Assembly: GCA_965153285.1 (NCBI GenBank) | Contig: OZ229116.1 | Strand: one strand, 5' to 3' | From: Podarcis tiliguerta | Taxonomy: Eukaryota | Length of the DNA stretch: 64,000 nucleotides | In this document: piece by piece, positions 1-13,100 of the stretch | How the letters are laid out: the number at the start of each line of letters is the position of its first letter | Numbering within the stretch: the stretch's first letter is position 1 | The notes under the pieces: generated by a model | Told to the model about the DNA's origin: nothing | The model's input: the letters and a program-made list of their open reading frames with translations, nothing else | Database searches by the model: none | Program-made: the position numbers and the translations under genes

Positions 1-705
1 TTCTCCTGTGCAAGCCCCAATGAGCCCTTAAATTCAAATCAGTAAATGCATTTAAATCTGAATTATTTTTGTGAGTAGTAGTGTGTGTAGCTGCAGTGGG
101 GAATTGTACATACTAAGTTATTGGAACTTTTTCCTACAGTGTGTATTACAGTGGCCAGGTTCTTGGGGCAGGATATATTTTTGCTGCTTTGTGTGGTACC
201 AGGTATATATTGACAGAGCTAAATTCCCTATTACTTGAAATATACATTTTATTGAAACACTCGGCCAATTAAGCATTTTTCAAGTTCATTAATGCAAGAG
301 GATTAAATACTTGAAATGTGCAGAATATCTAAATGTACTGAAGCGTAGCAATGTACAGAAAATGTTAATTACTTGGCTTGAAATGTTGGTACTTTGTGGC
401 TATGCTCTGAGTCAAATGTGGGAGGTGCTGAAAGAGAATAAAGCATTTCCCCTTTTGGATAGTGGGAGCAAATGTGCCACGGCCAACCATTTGGAAGCAG
501 AATAGGAGTCACCCCAGATGTGTGACTAACTGCCACCCTTGTGAGCAATATTTAGGGGATGGTCGGAAATTTATTTCCAATGCAGTCACACGTAGGAAAA
601 TAAATATATGTATATCTCTCTCTCATTAGGCTACATGTTTAGATTTGTACATAAGGGCTGTCTTGTTGCGAATCTTTAAATGTAACTTTCTCCTTTCCAT
701 GCTAG

Positions 706-747
706 AAACTACGCAGCAGTGGTAGTGCTAATGATCCTGGAACAGAT
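706..747 (+). CDS. ATP6V1H: ATP6V1H 42-nt phase-0 cassette exon ([14 protein letters not shown])
   Basis: Polypyrimidine tract + ctag acceptor at 704-705 and gtaagt donor at 748; peptide resembles the mammalian alternative segment KLRGSGVAVETGTVSSSD and sits in the expected order before SSQYVQ. Confidence 0.8.
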
Positions 748-3700
748 GTAAGTATCTCTGCATAACTTGTTAATCTTTCTCTTGATACAGTGGGCTAGAA
801 ACACTCAAATTAGTGGGAGATGTTGGCCCCGACTACCATTTCAAAGGAACTAAAGCATGACTAACTTAAACTGCAGTCCTAACTCCATATATCTCGGAGT
901 GTGCCCCGTGGACTTCATAGGACTTACTTCTGCGTAGACATCGTTAGGATTGCACTGTCTGGATCCAGCCCAGAGTATTGTTTCTTGTGGGACACTGATG
1001 CTAGGAAGGCTCGTGCAGTAACCGGGATTGAAATGTATTTTCCAAATATATTGATGTAGAAGATTTGTACTCTCAAGGCAGTTTACAAACAATGGGTGAT
1101 ACCCATAAACTCAGAGTTCACTGGGACGTGCACACCAACCCACAATTCAGCAGCCCTTAGTTTTCTGGCTGATGGATGGGGCCAGACCATGCACCTCTTT
1201 GGTTCTACAGTCCTAGGGCAGCTGGCACTTGGAGCAGAATGTTTTCTGGGAGGGAAAGATTCATGCAGCTGTTCTATCTCTGACCAATAGATTGGTCTTC
1301 CCCATGCCGTGATGTTCTTCCTGGGAGGCTGGGCAATAGGCTTTAGCTTCCCAAGGTCCTTTGACTCTCTGGCCAATAAAGCAATAGAGACTTTGAATAA
1401 TATATCAAATCCAACTAGCTTCTGAGGTTGAGGTTTCTTCCCAGGATCCCTCTGTCTTGTAAATCTCTGCAGCCAGCTCCTCGATCATTTACGGCTGGGA
1501 TGAGGAGCTTGTGGTCCTCCCAGATGTTGCTGGATTCCAACTTCATCAACCCCAGTCAGTTGTGATTTATAATCCAGCAACATCTGGAGGGCCAGATGTT
1601 TATGGCATGATTGTTTTCAGGGTGATCCTAAGCATGCGGCACTGTCAGATCCCACAGGAATATTATCCATCTTTGCACTTTTGGACAATCACTACGATAT
1701 GATGGCATTGAAATGGGTGAAACTATATGTGCAGTAATATCTTATCCTTTATGAAGATCTTATTTGTTTAGCTTATATTTTGATAAGAGAGCAGTCCCAC
1801 AGTTGTGGGGTGGTTGTTTTTAAAGTAATGAAACCAGGCATAGGTTTGGCTCACTCTCTGGGTATCTGTACTGTAAAACTGCAACCTGTGATCCCCAGCC
1901 TCGCCCAACCTGTTTAGCCTTCGCAGGTTACTATTCTGTTGTTGATGATATTGCAGGAAGTTTTTGTGAGATTTGATCTGGAGAAGACAGTTCTGTAGTT
2001 AACAAATAAAAATAAAACAGGTGTTTCTTATCCATTGGCACAGTAAATCTGGAGGGGAAATAGAGCTCTGCAGAGAACATTGTTGTGCTAAAAATTACTC
2101 TCTCCATTTCCTTCTGTGAATACTTGTTAGGTACGTTAATATTATAATGTTCCTGGATTAGAAGTCCATTAAGCTGCAGATGCTTCAGAAAGCAATTGTG
2201 AAATGTCATTTATCTCAAAAGCTGTACTGCTCAGTATTGCCACTTGATGTCTCTAAGAAATAAAAAAAATCCCAACAATTCAGGCTATACCAAACGTTCT
2301 TGGAATCAGAAATGTAATCAGGTGTAATATTTATTGTCATTAGGGACTCGTGTAATAGCTGAGCAGTTATCCTGAGGCACAGGGTTGAAGGGAGGGAATA
2401 ACTGAACGTTTAAAACAATAGTACCCAGCTTCCAAAATGGGTAAAAGGAAGCTGATTTTAACTCAATTTCCTGTTCAACTTATTTAAATGAATACTGAGT
2501 CAACTTAAGTCTTTCTTTGACAGTTGACAATCTGAGGGGTTTTGGAGTTGATGTGCACATCAAATGACCAGGCAACTCTACGAAACTCACAGGGTGACCT
2601 TGGGCTAGGGACTGCCTCTCAGCCTGGCCTACTTCATAAGATTGTTTAGGGGATTAAATGAGGAGAGGGAGAACAATGTGTGCCCCTTTGAGCTCCTTGG
2701 AGAAAAAGCTGGGATATAAATGCAATAAATAATCAACTCTGCATTCCTTCAGTTTAGCTTGAGGTTTTATTTCATAGAAGCAGTTTATGGAGACTAACCT
2801 GAGATAAATGGGCAGCTCTGGAGATGTATTAAAAACACAATTTCTGCTGCTGCACTTAATTTGCATATGGTTGGATGTAATTAAACATAATTTATTTTTT
2901 TCATAAATGTGGCACCTGCAGTATGATACTATGTGTTGAAGGGTTTGGGGAAAAGGTTGGTGAACTCTCAGTTATGGATTAGCTTGAAAATCCTTGATTT
3001 ATTTGTTTAAAATGTATTTTCTGCCTTCCATAAGGATCCTAAGGGTCTGGTTTATAGGAAAATAAATAAAAACAAATGCAAGGAGGATCAAAAAATCTGA
3101 AAAGGTTACTCACTTTTATTTTTTTAGTGATGGCAGCTTTCTTAGATGTTCCAGCTTTTTGCTAACCCCCCCCCCAAAAAAAAACCTGTTTACAAGGCTT
3201 GCTGCCCTGCCAAGCCAAGGCATGTTCCTGAGACAGTTCTGTCCAGAACAGCTGAGCAAGACAAAGGGAATGCTTTGAAACTTTCACTGCTTCCATAGTG
3301 TTCCAGGTGTCTTAGGATTTGTGTGCTTGGGAATCATGAACGGAAAAGCATGGAAGGTTGGACTCCTTATGCTAGTCTGATGTGCCACCAAAGAGTTTTA
3401 AGTGTTACCTGAAGGCAGCCCTGTATCGGGAAGTTTTTAATATTGTCAGTCTTCTAGTTATGGGGAAAAGTAAGGGGGCTGTATCTGGTTGGAGCTTTTG
3501 ATCCTATTTCCACATGTGTTTTGTATAGATATTAAAGAATGGTGAGAACACTACCAGTGATTTTGATTTTCTGCTATTTGCTGATGCAATACAGGAAGGA
3601 TGGTGGTTTCAGTGATTTGGGGTTATTATTTATTACTTTGCTTAGGGGACGAGGGTGGCACCGTGGTCTAAACCACAGAGCCTCTTGGGCTTGCCGATCA

Positions 3701-4121
3701 GAAGGTCAGTGGTTTGAATCCCCACAATGGGGTGAGCTCCTGTTGCTCGGTCCCTGCTCCTGCCAACCTAGCAGTTCAAAAGCACGTCAAGGTGCAAGTA
3801 GATAAATAGGTACGGCTCCAGCGGGAAGGTAAACGGTGTTTCCGTGCGCTGCTCTGGGTCGCCAGAAGAGGCTTAGTCATGTTGGCTACATGACCCGGAA
3901 GGTGTACGCCAGCTCCCTCAGCCAATAAAGTGAGATGAGCCAGTAAACCAGTAAAGCAACCCCAGAGTCATCCACGACCGGACCTAACAGTCAGGGGTCC
4001 CTTTACCTTTACCTTTATAACTTTGCTTTAAATAGGAGCATTTTTTGAGGTGTAAAGAAAATTGAACCCTGTTGGTCTTATTCACGTGCATTTTCAAACT
4101 TTGAATCTAAGTGTAGAGATG

Positions 4122-4171
<50 letters not shown>

Positions 4172-7100
4172 TTTATTATTTATACCCTGACCATCTGGCT
4201 GGGCTTCCCCAGCCACTCTGGGCAGCTTCCAACAAGATATTAAAATACAGTAATCCATCAAACATTAAAAGCTTCTCTAAACAGGGCTGCCTTCAGATGT
4301 CTTCTAAAAGTCTGGTAATTGTTGTTCTCTTTGACATCTTTGACATCTGGTGGGAGGGAGTTCCACAGGGTGGGTGCCACTACCAAGAAGGCCCTCTTAC
4401 TGGTTCCCTGTAACTTGGCTTCTCACAGTGAGGGAACTGCTAGAAGGCTCTCGGCGCTGGACCTCGGTGTCCAGGTAGAACAATGGGGGTGTAGATGCTC
4501 CTTCAGGTATACAGAAAAGCAAGTATCCTTTACATTGAGATAGTGTATCTTCTTCTTTTTAATAAGATTTTTATTAAAGTTTTTCACAATGCAGTAAGAT
4601 TATTAGAGATAATATACCTCTGTCATGTTTACATAGGTTAGGAAGCAGTTCTTCAGCTTCCTAGCTACTGTATTCATAGCAAAATAAACATTGATTACTG
4701 TATATTGTGTGTATTCTTTTTCTCTGAAAATGTCAAGGCTGCTCGCTGCAAGTTCAGGGACGACTTTGAAAAGAGAGTAGGAGTTTGTGAGTTGTGCTGT
4801 AAAACAATGCAGTTCTGTAGCTGCTTTGATGCAGTTTGACAACGCAGTTGAAGCCTTACAAATTTGCCCCGGGTTCCATAGTTGGTTGGATACAAGTTTG
4901 GAATAGAGACGATGCTTTCAAATGAACACATAATCTATTCAATTACAGGTCCTTGGATTCCTGTTGTTATTGTTTTATATAATGTTGCTGGAGTAACCTG
5001 ACAGTGAACTGCATTCAGTAGTAGCCTGGTTAACGTTTATTTGTTTCTGTTCCATTTCATTTATATTCTTTGAAATGTTGTTACTCAGAAATTGTTCTGA
5101 AAAGCCTGACTTTGCTCTGTGTCAGAGATGGGCAACCTCTTTTTTTATCACGGGCTGCATTGCCCTGTGGATAATCTGTCAGGGATCCCAGGCCAGTTGG
5201 GGTGGAGCCAAAGCTGATGTTGGGTGAAGCGATGGATTTAACTCATCTGGAATGAAGGCTGCCCTGCTTCAGTTTCCCCTGTGGCTGCCTCTGATTAGAA
5301 TTCTCAATCCTAAGAAGGCAAACTCAGAAGTAAGCCCCACTGGGGTTGGTGCAGTTATTCTCAATTAAGTATATAGAAGGGATCTTGTTAGCACAACAGA
5401 CCAATAGAGCTATGTTTCTAGAAAGCAAGTGAAGGTACTTTCTTTTGGACTCGGGGGAAGGCATAGCCACTGTGGTGCTCTCTAGATGCTGCTGGCCTAC
5501 AGTTCCCATCAGCCACAGCCACTGTGGCCAATGGTCAGGGGTGATAGGAGTTGTAGTCCACCAACATCTGTAGGACACCAGGTTCTGAGTGCTACATACA
5601 GTGGTGCCTTGGTTCTCAAACTTAATCCGTTCTGGAAGTCAGTTCCAAAGCCAAGGCACGCTTTTCCATAGAAAGTAATGCAAAGTGGATTAATCCGTTC
5701 CAGACATTTAAAAACAACCCCTAAAACAGCAGTTTAACATGAATTTTACTATTTAACGAGACCATTGATCCATAAAATGAAAGCAATAATCAATGTACTG
5801 CAGTCACACAATGAATCAATCAGTAGCTCAACTGGGTTCCACACAGTCACAAAAACAAAAGAGCTGCAAAAACAAAATACGGTAAATAGTAAAAACAGAC
5901 AGACCTCAGCATAACACTCAGAATGGAAGTGTGGCACTCAAAACAGAAGTGTGGCACTCAAAACGGAGCATGTTCGGCTTCCCAAAGAAGTTCGCTAACT
6001 TACTTCCGGGTTTGCAGTGTTTGAGTTCCAAGTTGTTTGAGTACCAAGGCATTTAAGAACCAAGGTACCACAGTACACACATGCACAAACACAACAGAAG
6101 CCTACCAAATTGTTCTCAAACAGCTGATTGGGGAAAAGCCACACAACCAAAAATATATATAACAAATAATTATTCAAGGAAATAATTGCCACTTACAGGG
6201 TATAGTTGTTCTGAAACTATGCAGGAAGAGGTGGGAAACTTTTCTAAAAGCTAGGGAAAATAAGGAGGGAATTTTAAAAGGAAGGAAGGAATTGAAGAAT
6301 AGGGGAGCTTTAGGAGGAGACTGGTTCCCTATGTACTGAGCATCTGCTATATTTTTCATTAAGCATCTAATAAAAGACTTACTTGGGAGCAGAGGGGAAA
6401 TCTGGAAATCAGGCGGAATATGTTAACAATAACATTATGCTCTTGTTCAGTGTTGGCTAGGTTTTTGCTGTTGAAGTGTGGGATCTCACAGCCTACCTAA
6501 GTGAGAGCCCTGGTAAATAAACTGATTATTGACTTGATAATTTGAATTTGATTCTGTCTAAGGACACTTAACTAGCACTGTGGTATGAATGTTGTTAGCC
6601 TTAGTGACTAAACACAACTTTGGAATAACAATAGACGCAGATGGCAGTGGGATGGCTTTTGTTACAGTAAAAGAGACAGTGATAATTGGAGACTTCTCAG
6701 TTGTTCTCACACCTATTTTCAGTGCAACAACAGGATATATGTATTTTTTGTAATGGTGTATTCTTCTTTCATGTAGAGTTCGCAATATGTCCAGTGTGTC
6801 GCTGGGTGCTTGCAGTTGATGCTCAGGGTCAATGAATACCGTTTTGCATGGGTCGAATCAGATGGAGTTAGCTGGTGAGTATTTGTTGTACAGAAAAAGA
6901 TGTGCTTCTAGTATATCCATGATGAAAGTGTTTTCCTACTGATTTATGCATTCTGTTGAGCTGTTAAAAGCATCCTTAGGATAAGTTTGCAAATCTAAAA
7001 CAGTGTTGTACAGTCGTACGTTGGATCCCGAATGCCTTGGCTCCTGAACAAATTGGCTCCTGAACGAACGAAACCCAGAAGTGAGTGTTCCGGTTTTTGA

Positions 7101-10100
7101 ATGATTTTGGAAGCTGAACATCTGGTGTGTTTTCCGCAGTTTATGATTGGCTGCAGGATGATCCTGCAGCCAATTGGAAGCTGTGCTTTGGTTTCCGAAA
7201 GTTTTGAAAGTTGAACGGACTTCCGGAACAGATTCCGTTCGGCTTCCATGGTATGACTGTAGTCCTATCTCCTAAATAATTCTGGGTATTGTTCTGTGAG
7301 CAGACTGGATTCTTTAACAAAATTCTGTTTACTTTCCAAATAAGTCCTTTGATGAGAGTCCATGATATTTTTAAAGAACAGTTTGTTTACACTGTACATA
7401 TAACTTCAGTTTCCTCAATCGTGTATGTAGTATGGACTTCTGTAATTTTGCTCAAGAATAATGCATGTAGATGTTTAGGAGTGATGGATAATATAGCTGG
7501 GCTTCTGAAAAGCCTTTGACACAGTCCGTAACCATAGCTACTGAGTAAACTTAGCAGTCACGCAATAGAAAGACTGATTCTATTCTGAGAGACAAGGAAA
7601 ATCTGTGGCTCTTGGGAAGTTGTTGAATTCCAATTCCTCAGCCAGCATGGCTAGTGGTTTGGGATGGTGGCCATATGGAGGGCGAAATGTTAGCATGACT
7701 ATAATTTCATTGTTTCGCGGTAGCAAGCACCATTATATACATCAGTGTATATAGTGTATATAGGTTCAGATTTCAAACACATGCAGCTTTAACAAAAGAT
7801 CTTAAGCCAGTTAAAAATGTAACCTTTAGCTTTCACTTAGAAATGCAAACCATCTTGCAAATAATTGTTACCATTTGAACTCCTGTTGTGAAGTAAGAAC
7901 TTCATCAAAGAAAAGGAAGGCAGTACCAGCCTCTGCTTGATTATTTCTCTCATTTCGAGACTTCCTCTGTATTCTGATTTGTCGCAAAACAACAACAACA
8001 ACAACAGTGAAACCCTGCAATCTCAGTATTGCCCTATTCATTTGCTGGAGCAAGGAGGGTCCATCAGATACCCTGTTGTTCCAGCAGATGATTTCACCTC
8101 TGCTGTGAATAAAGTAACTGAGCTTTGCTCCCTTGCTCCCACCTCTACTCTACTCTATCCTAACCTGTCCCTGGCAGACTAAATTACATACTGTTGTTTG
8201 GCTGATTAGTGTTTGCTAATTTGTTTAGTGTCTCTCTAATTTGTATGGAAGTATATTTGTGAAAGGCTTTTCTTTTACAAATTCAATGTGTCTGGAAGTG
8301 AAGATTTTACATTCTGAATTACAGGATAGTGAGCAGCTGCCTAATGGTATGTTTCTTATGCTTTATCCCTGCTCTCTAGTATCATGGGAGTATTGAGTAA
8401 CAAATGTGGTTTCCAGCTTCAGTATCAGATGATCTTCTCTATCTGGCTGCTGGCATTCAGTCCTCAAATGTGTGAATATTTGCGGCGTTATAATATTGTC
8501 CCAGTCCTGTCTGACATCCTTCAGGAGTCTGTAAAAGAGAAAGTCACTAGGATCATTCTTGCAGCATTTCGGGTGAGTGAAGTATGTAGACTACAAATTC
8601 TTTAAACTGGGGTGGGGGGCTTTAGGTATTGGGGCCAAATGCAGCCCTCTGGGGCCTCTGTGGCTCTCTGGACTTTCCTCAGGCCACATTTTCCACTGGC
8701 ACTGCCTCACACCCTCCTTGACTGTTTTTGCCTGACAAAAGTGTGCTCTTGAAGACTGAGGATGCCTTCTGCTTTCCTAGATATAAGGGGTGTGTATATA
8801 GAAACTAGCTATTGTGCAAAGGTAAAAATTTACATTCAGTGGTCCATCCATATGAAACTAGGATGATGTCTGAACACTCCTCAGTATGCTATGTCATCTT
8901 CTTGATACAGAACTGTAAAGAATGCTAGTGGGATGTGGCAGGAAATGACAGTAGGGTCAGTCAAAATATAGAGGGAGTGCCAGTTAACAGAGAATCCCAT
9001 CACTACCTTTTAAATTAATGGTTATCAGGGTCTGACACCGTTTTGTTTTGTTTTTCTTTCCAGAATCTTCTAGAAAAGTCTACTGAAAGAGAAACTCGCC
9101 AGGAGTATGCTCTTGCCATGATCCAGTGCAAAGTTCTGAAGCAGCTGGAGAACTTGGAACAACAGAAATATGACGATGAAGACATAAGTGAGGATATAAA
9201 GTTTCTGTTGGACAAACTTGGGGAGAGTGTGCAGGACCTCAGGTAAATTTTGTCTTCAGTGTCTAATGTTCAAATTGATACAAGGAGGGTCCTCCTTGGG
9301 GTATAGGCTCCCCACTGAAGCACCTGTCAAGATCAAATAGAGGCCTAGTTATTAGAATGATAGCTTGTCTAGTGATTGTTTTCTGCAATGCTGTAGATTC
9401 CAAAGACCGTATGAAAGAAATAACTGTAAGACCAAGCAGGCTTTTCTTTTTTTTAAACCAACTTCACATGATTTGTACCTTGGGATGGTATCAGATTCAA
9501 GTAACCATAAAACTACAAAATAGTTATCATTTGTCATTACTATAAGTAGGCTTTATTTACGCCTCATTTGGGAGTTCCTTATCATCTTATATAATATCAA
9601 AATAAAGTACCAAAACAGAGTGCTTTAAGTGCTGAAGGAGTTGTGTTTTTAAAAAATCAACAGACACTGCATGTAATTAATAATAATAATAATTAATGGA
9701 AATCAGAATTGCCATGCCTTCAAAAATAAAAGAATATGGCTCTGTGGTTTTATATTTGGCTAAGCACCAAACTGTTGTTGCCCTAGGTTATTAGAAAATG
9801 ACCATGCGCATATGTAGTTAAAAGATTCTAACGGCTAGATTCCCATTTTCCAAAGCTGGTTGTGTGACCTGGGAGAGGAGCACATGTTAATCTGAGTAAG
9901 GAATGTTTTCCCCATTATGGCAACTTCCTGGAAGCAAATTCCAAATTGGATCTGAATGTCCTAGGCTACAATCCTATCTTTGTAATGCAAAACTGTCAGC
10001 AGCGGAGAAAAATCTGGAAAAATTGACTCCTTTAGCTTCAGTCTGGCCAAATTAGAATTCATGGTAAATAGGCCCCATTCATCCCAATGAAAATATGCTG

Positions 10101-13100
10101 TCATTTGTAAATTGCACTTTTATATTTATAAGTGTTCATACTTATGATTGTAAGTGCCACTTACAATTTTTGTAAAATCCTTTACAAAGAATCCTAAGTG
10201 CAGTGGGAGGTTTGGGTGTGCTGTTTGCTTTCATATATTGTCCTTGTGCATCAGATTTATTCCTCATTCTCTTATGTTCGGTTTATTTTGCAGTTCGTTT
10301 GATGAATATAGTTCTGAGCTTAAGTCGGGGAGACTAGAGTGGAGCCCTGTTCACAAATCTGAGAAATTTTGGCGAGAGAATGCTGTGAGATTAAATGAAA
10401 AGAATTATGAACTGTTGAAGTAAGTTCTTCTGATATATCCCTGCTTCAGTTGAATTGTTGTGTTGCTCAGAGTAACCAAAGTTTCATTTAGGGTATCTGC
10501 ATAAGGTAGAGGGACTATAATACCATTTTCAATAAAAGGTTCCCGTCTTAGAAAATGTCTCAAGTGAGCACAGTGAGAGAGAGAGAAAAACTTTGTTGCT
10601 TTGTATGGTATGGAAACTAAATTGGGAGCCTTAGCTCAGAGGGCTGTATCCAGGTCCCATTAATGCAAGGACTTATGCCTGCACAACAGGACTTCCACTG
10701 CTTCTTCCTGCAGCCCCCCCAATCTCTTCTGGATGTTCTGCCAGCCCTCTGGAGCAGATTTCTTTTGTGGAGCATGAAGGAAAGGAAGTCCTCTTGCACA
10801 GGTGGAAGTCCATCTGCTAATGACACAATTTCATAGGACACAATCTACTGTTTTCTTTTTGGAGCACAGGTGAATTTGTAAGAGCATTGGCTTGCTTCTT
10901 AAATGAAATGTGGCTTGATTCTAGAACAGCAAATGTATGGTTTTGATATATTTAGACACTTCCTTGAGATTGCTGGAAACTATTAAAGATTGGGTTTGCA
11001 GCTAATGGCGGTGATATGATGTCCCTCCCCCCCAAAAAAAGTTTTTTCCCCCCATTGGTAACCTTATCACTGCTGTAACATCTGAATGTAGCATAAATAT
11101 CTGTTCATTGTAGTGTTATACTTGCCTATTCAGGAATATGCATTATTCATTCAAAATGAGATAATCAGTCAAGTGTCTGTGCTGTGATGTCTTGGCTTGG
11201 ATGCTTCAGCTGTCTATAGATAATGCCTTGCAGATCAAAAGGCTTAGCTGAGCATGAAGCAAAGTGGTAATTATCAGCAACACTGGTTTTGTCTTCATTG
11301 AAAGTTGAGCTAACTTAATTAAGTATATTATTGGTTCTTTAGTTTATCGTTCAGTGTACAAATCCTGAAAAGGTGTCTGTGAAATGAGTACAGTTCCCTC
11401 TCCCCACAAAGGCTTATTTGAATTTTTGCATGGCAGATTAATAAGATTAGAATTTACCAGAGAATGTATTAAGAATTTACAGCTGAACACATTTGCTAAA
11501 TATGTGTTGGACATTCATTACCTAGATGATTTGGGATAGCATTCAACTATGTCATACTTGGAACTGACTGACTGAAATCAGTAATGTTAAGTTACCGTAT
11601 TTTTCGCCCTATAGGACGCACAGGCCCATAGGACGCACCTAGATTTGGGGGGGGGGAATAAAGAAAAAAAAATATATTCCCCCCCAGCCGCGGGAACTCC
11701 CACAGGGCTCCCCAGGCTGCGGATAGCTTCCCGAAGCGCGGGGCGCTCTGCTTCAGGGTGCCCCGCGCTCCGGGCAAGCAGGCTGCTATTTGCAGCCTAG
11801 GGAGCCCTGCGAGAACTCCCACAGGCTCCCCAGGCTTACGGATAGCTTCCTGAAGCCTGGAGAGAGAGGGGTCGATGCGCACCGACCCCTCTCGCTCTCC
11901 AAGCTTCAGCGAAAGCCTGCATTCGCCCCATAGGACGCACACACATTTCCCCTTCATTTTTGGAGGGGAAAAAGTGTGTCCTATAGGGTGAAAAATACGG
12001 TAGTCGTGACCAAGTCCATTGATTTCACTGGGGTGGAATCTACATGCATGTTAAAAACATTGTGAAAATGCTTTTTTTTAAATCGTTTTGAAAAATGCAT
12101 TGAATTTGCTATAGCTCACAGTCACCATTTAGTGTCACAATTGTATATTGCACTTTACAACACATTCAAAACATTTTATTTGCAGCGAGATGAGCGCCAC
12201 AACCCCAGAGTCGTCCACGACTGGACTTAATGCTCAGGGGTCCCTTTACCTTTACCTTTTTAGCTGAGTCCTAGGTCTACCCTGAGTGCGATTTTGAAAT
12301 ATCTCTCAAAATATTTGTGTGATACTGTGTGAATCTAGAAAAGTTTTGCAGTACTGAAGTAACATGGCAGAAGTTTATTGAGTTTTATCAATTTTTCGTA
12401 TGCTATATTTTGTACACTCCATAGTGAATAAGGATCTTGTATATTTGCAATCCTATTGTAGAATCTTGACAAAGCTTCTGGAGGTATCAGATGATCCTCA
12501 GGTCTTGGCTGTAGCTGCTCATGATGTGGGAGAATATGTCCGACACTATCCGCGAGGAAAACGGTGTGGAAGGCTTTTTCTTATCTTTGCTTAGCACCTG
12601 AGTTAAAACAAGGGCCATTGCTTATGACACAAGGAACAGTTAGTGTAACCTTTTGTTAGACCTTACTATAAAGTATCAGTGGATGGTTTAATTTGATTTT
12701 ATATTTATGTATGTGAGATGCTTTCAGCAACATTTTTATATGACTATTTGAATTTTGTTAGGTATTGTAATTTTTAGTGAATGATGTCATGTAAACTTAT
12801 TGATGATATGAGCTGCTTTGATTATAGTTCCCAAAGGAACAGTAGCATACAAATCAATTGAGTTAAAATGGACTGAGATGTTTGTGCTGAAGAAGCACCC
12901 ACATTTGCTTTCCAAACTAATCTTATATCACCAAACCTTTATGAGGCATTACAAGTACAGGCCATCATAAAACATCCATATATGAAATTTTAAAATATAC
13001 AAATAAACAGCCATGTAAAATATATAATGACAAGGATTTTCATTGGGATTTCTTCCCACTAAATAGTGCCATTCACCACTCTAAGAGAGACTATTGACAA

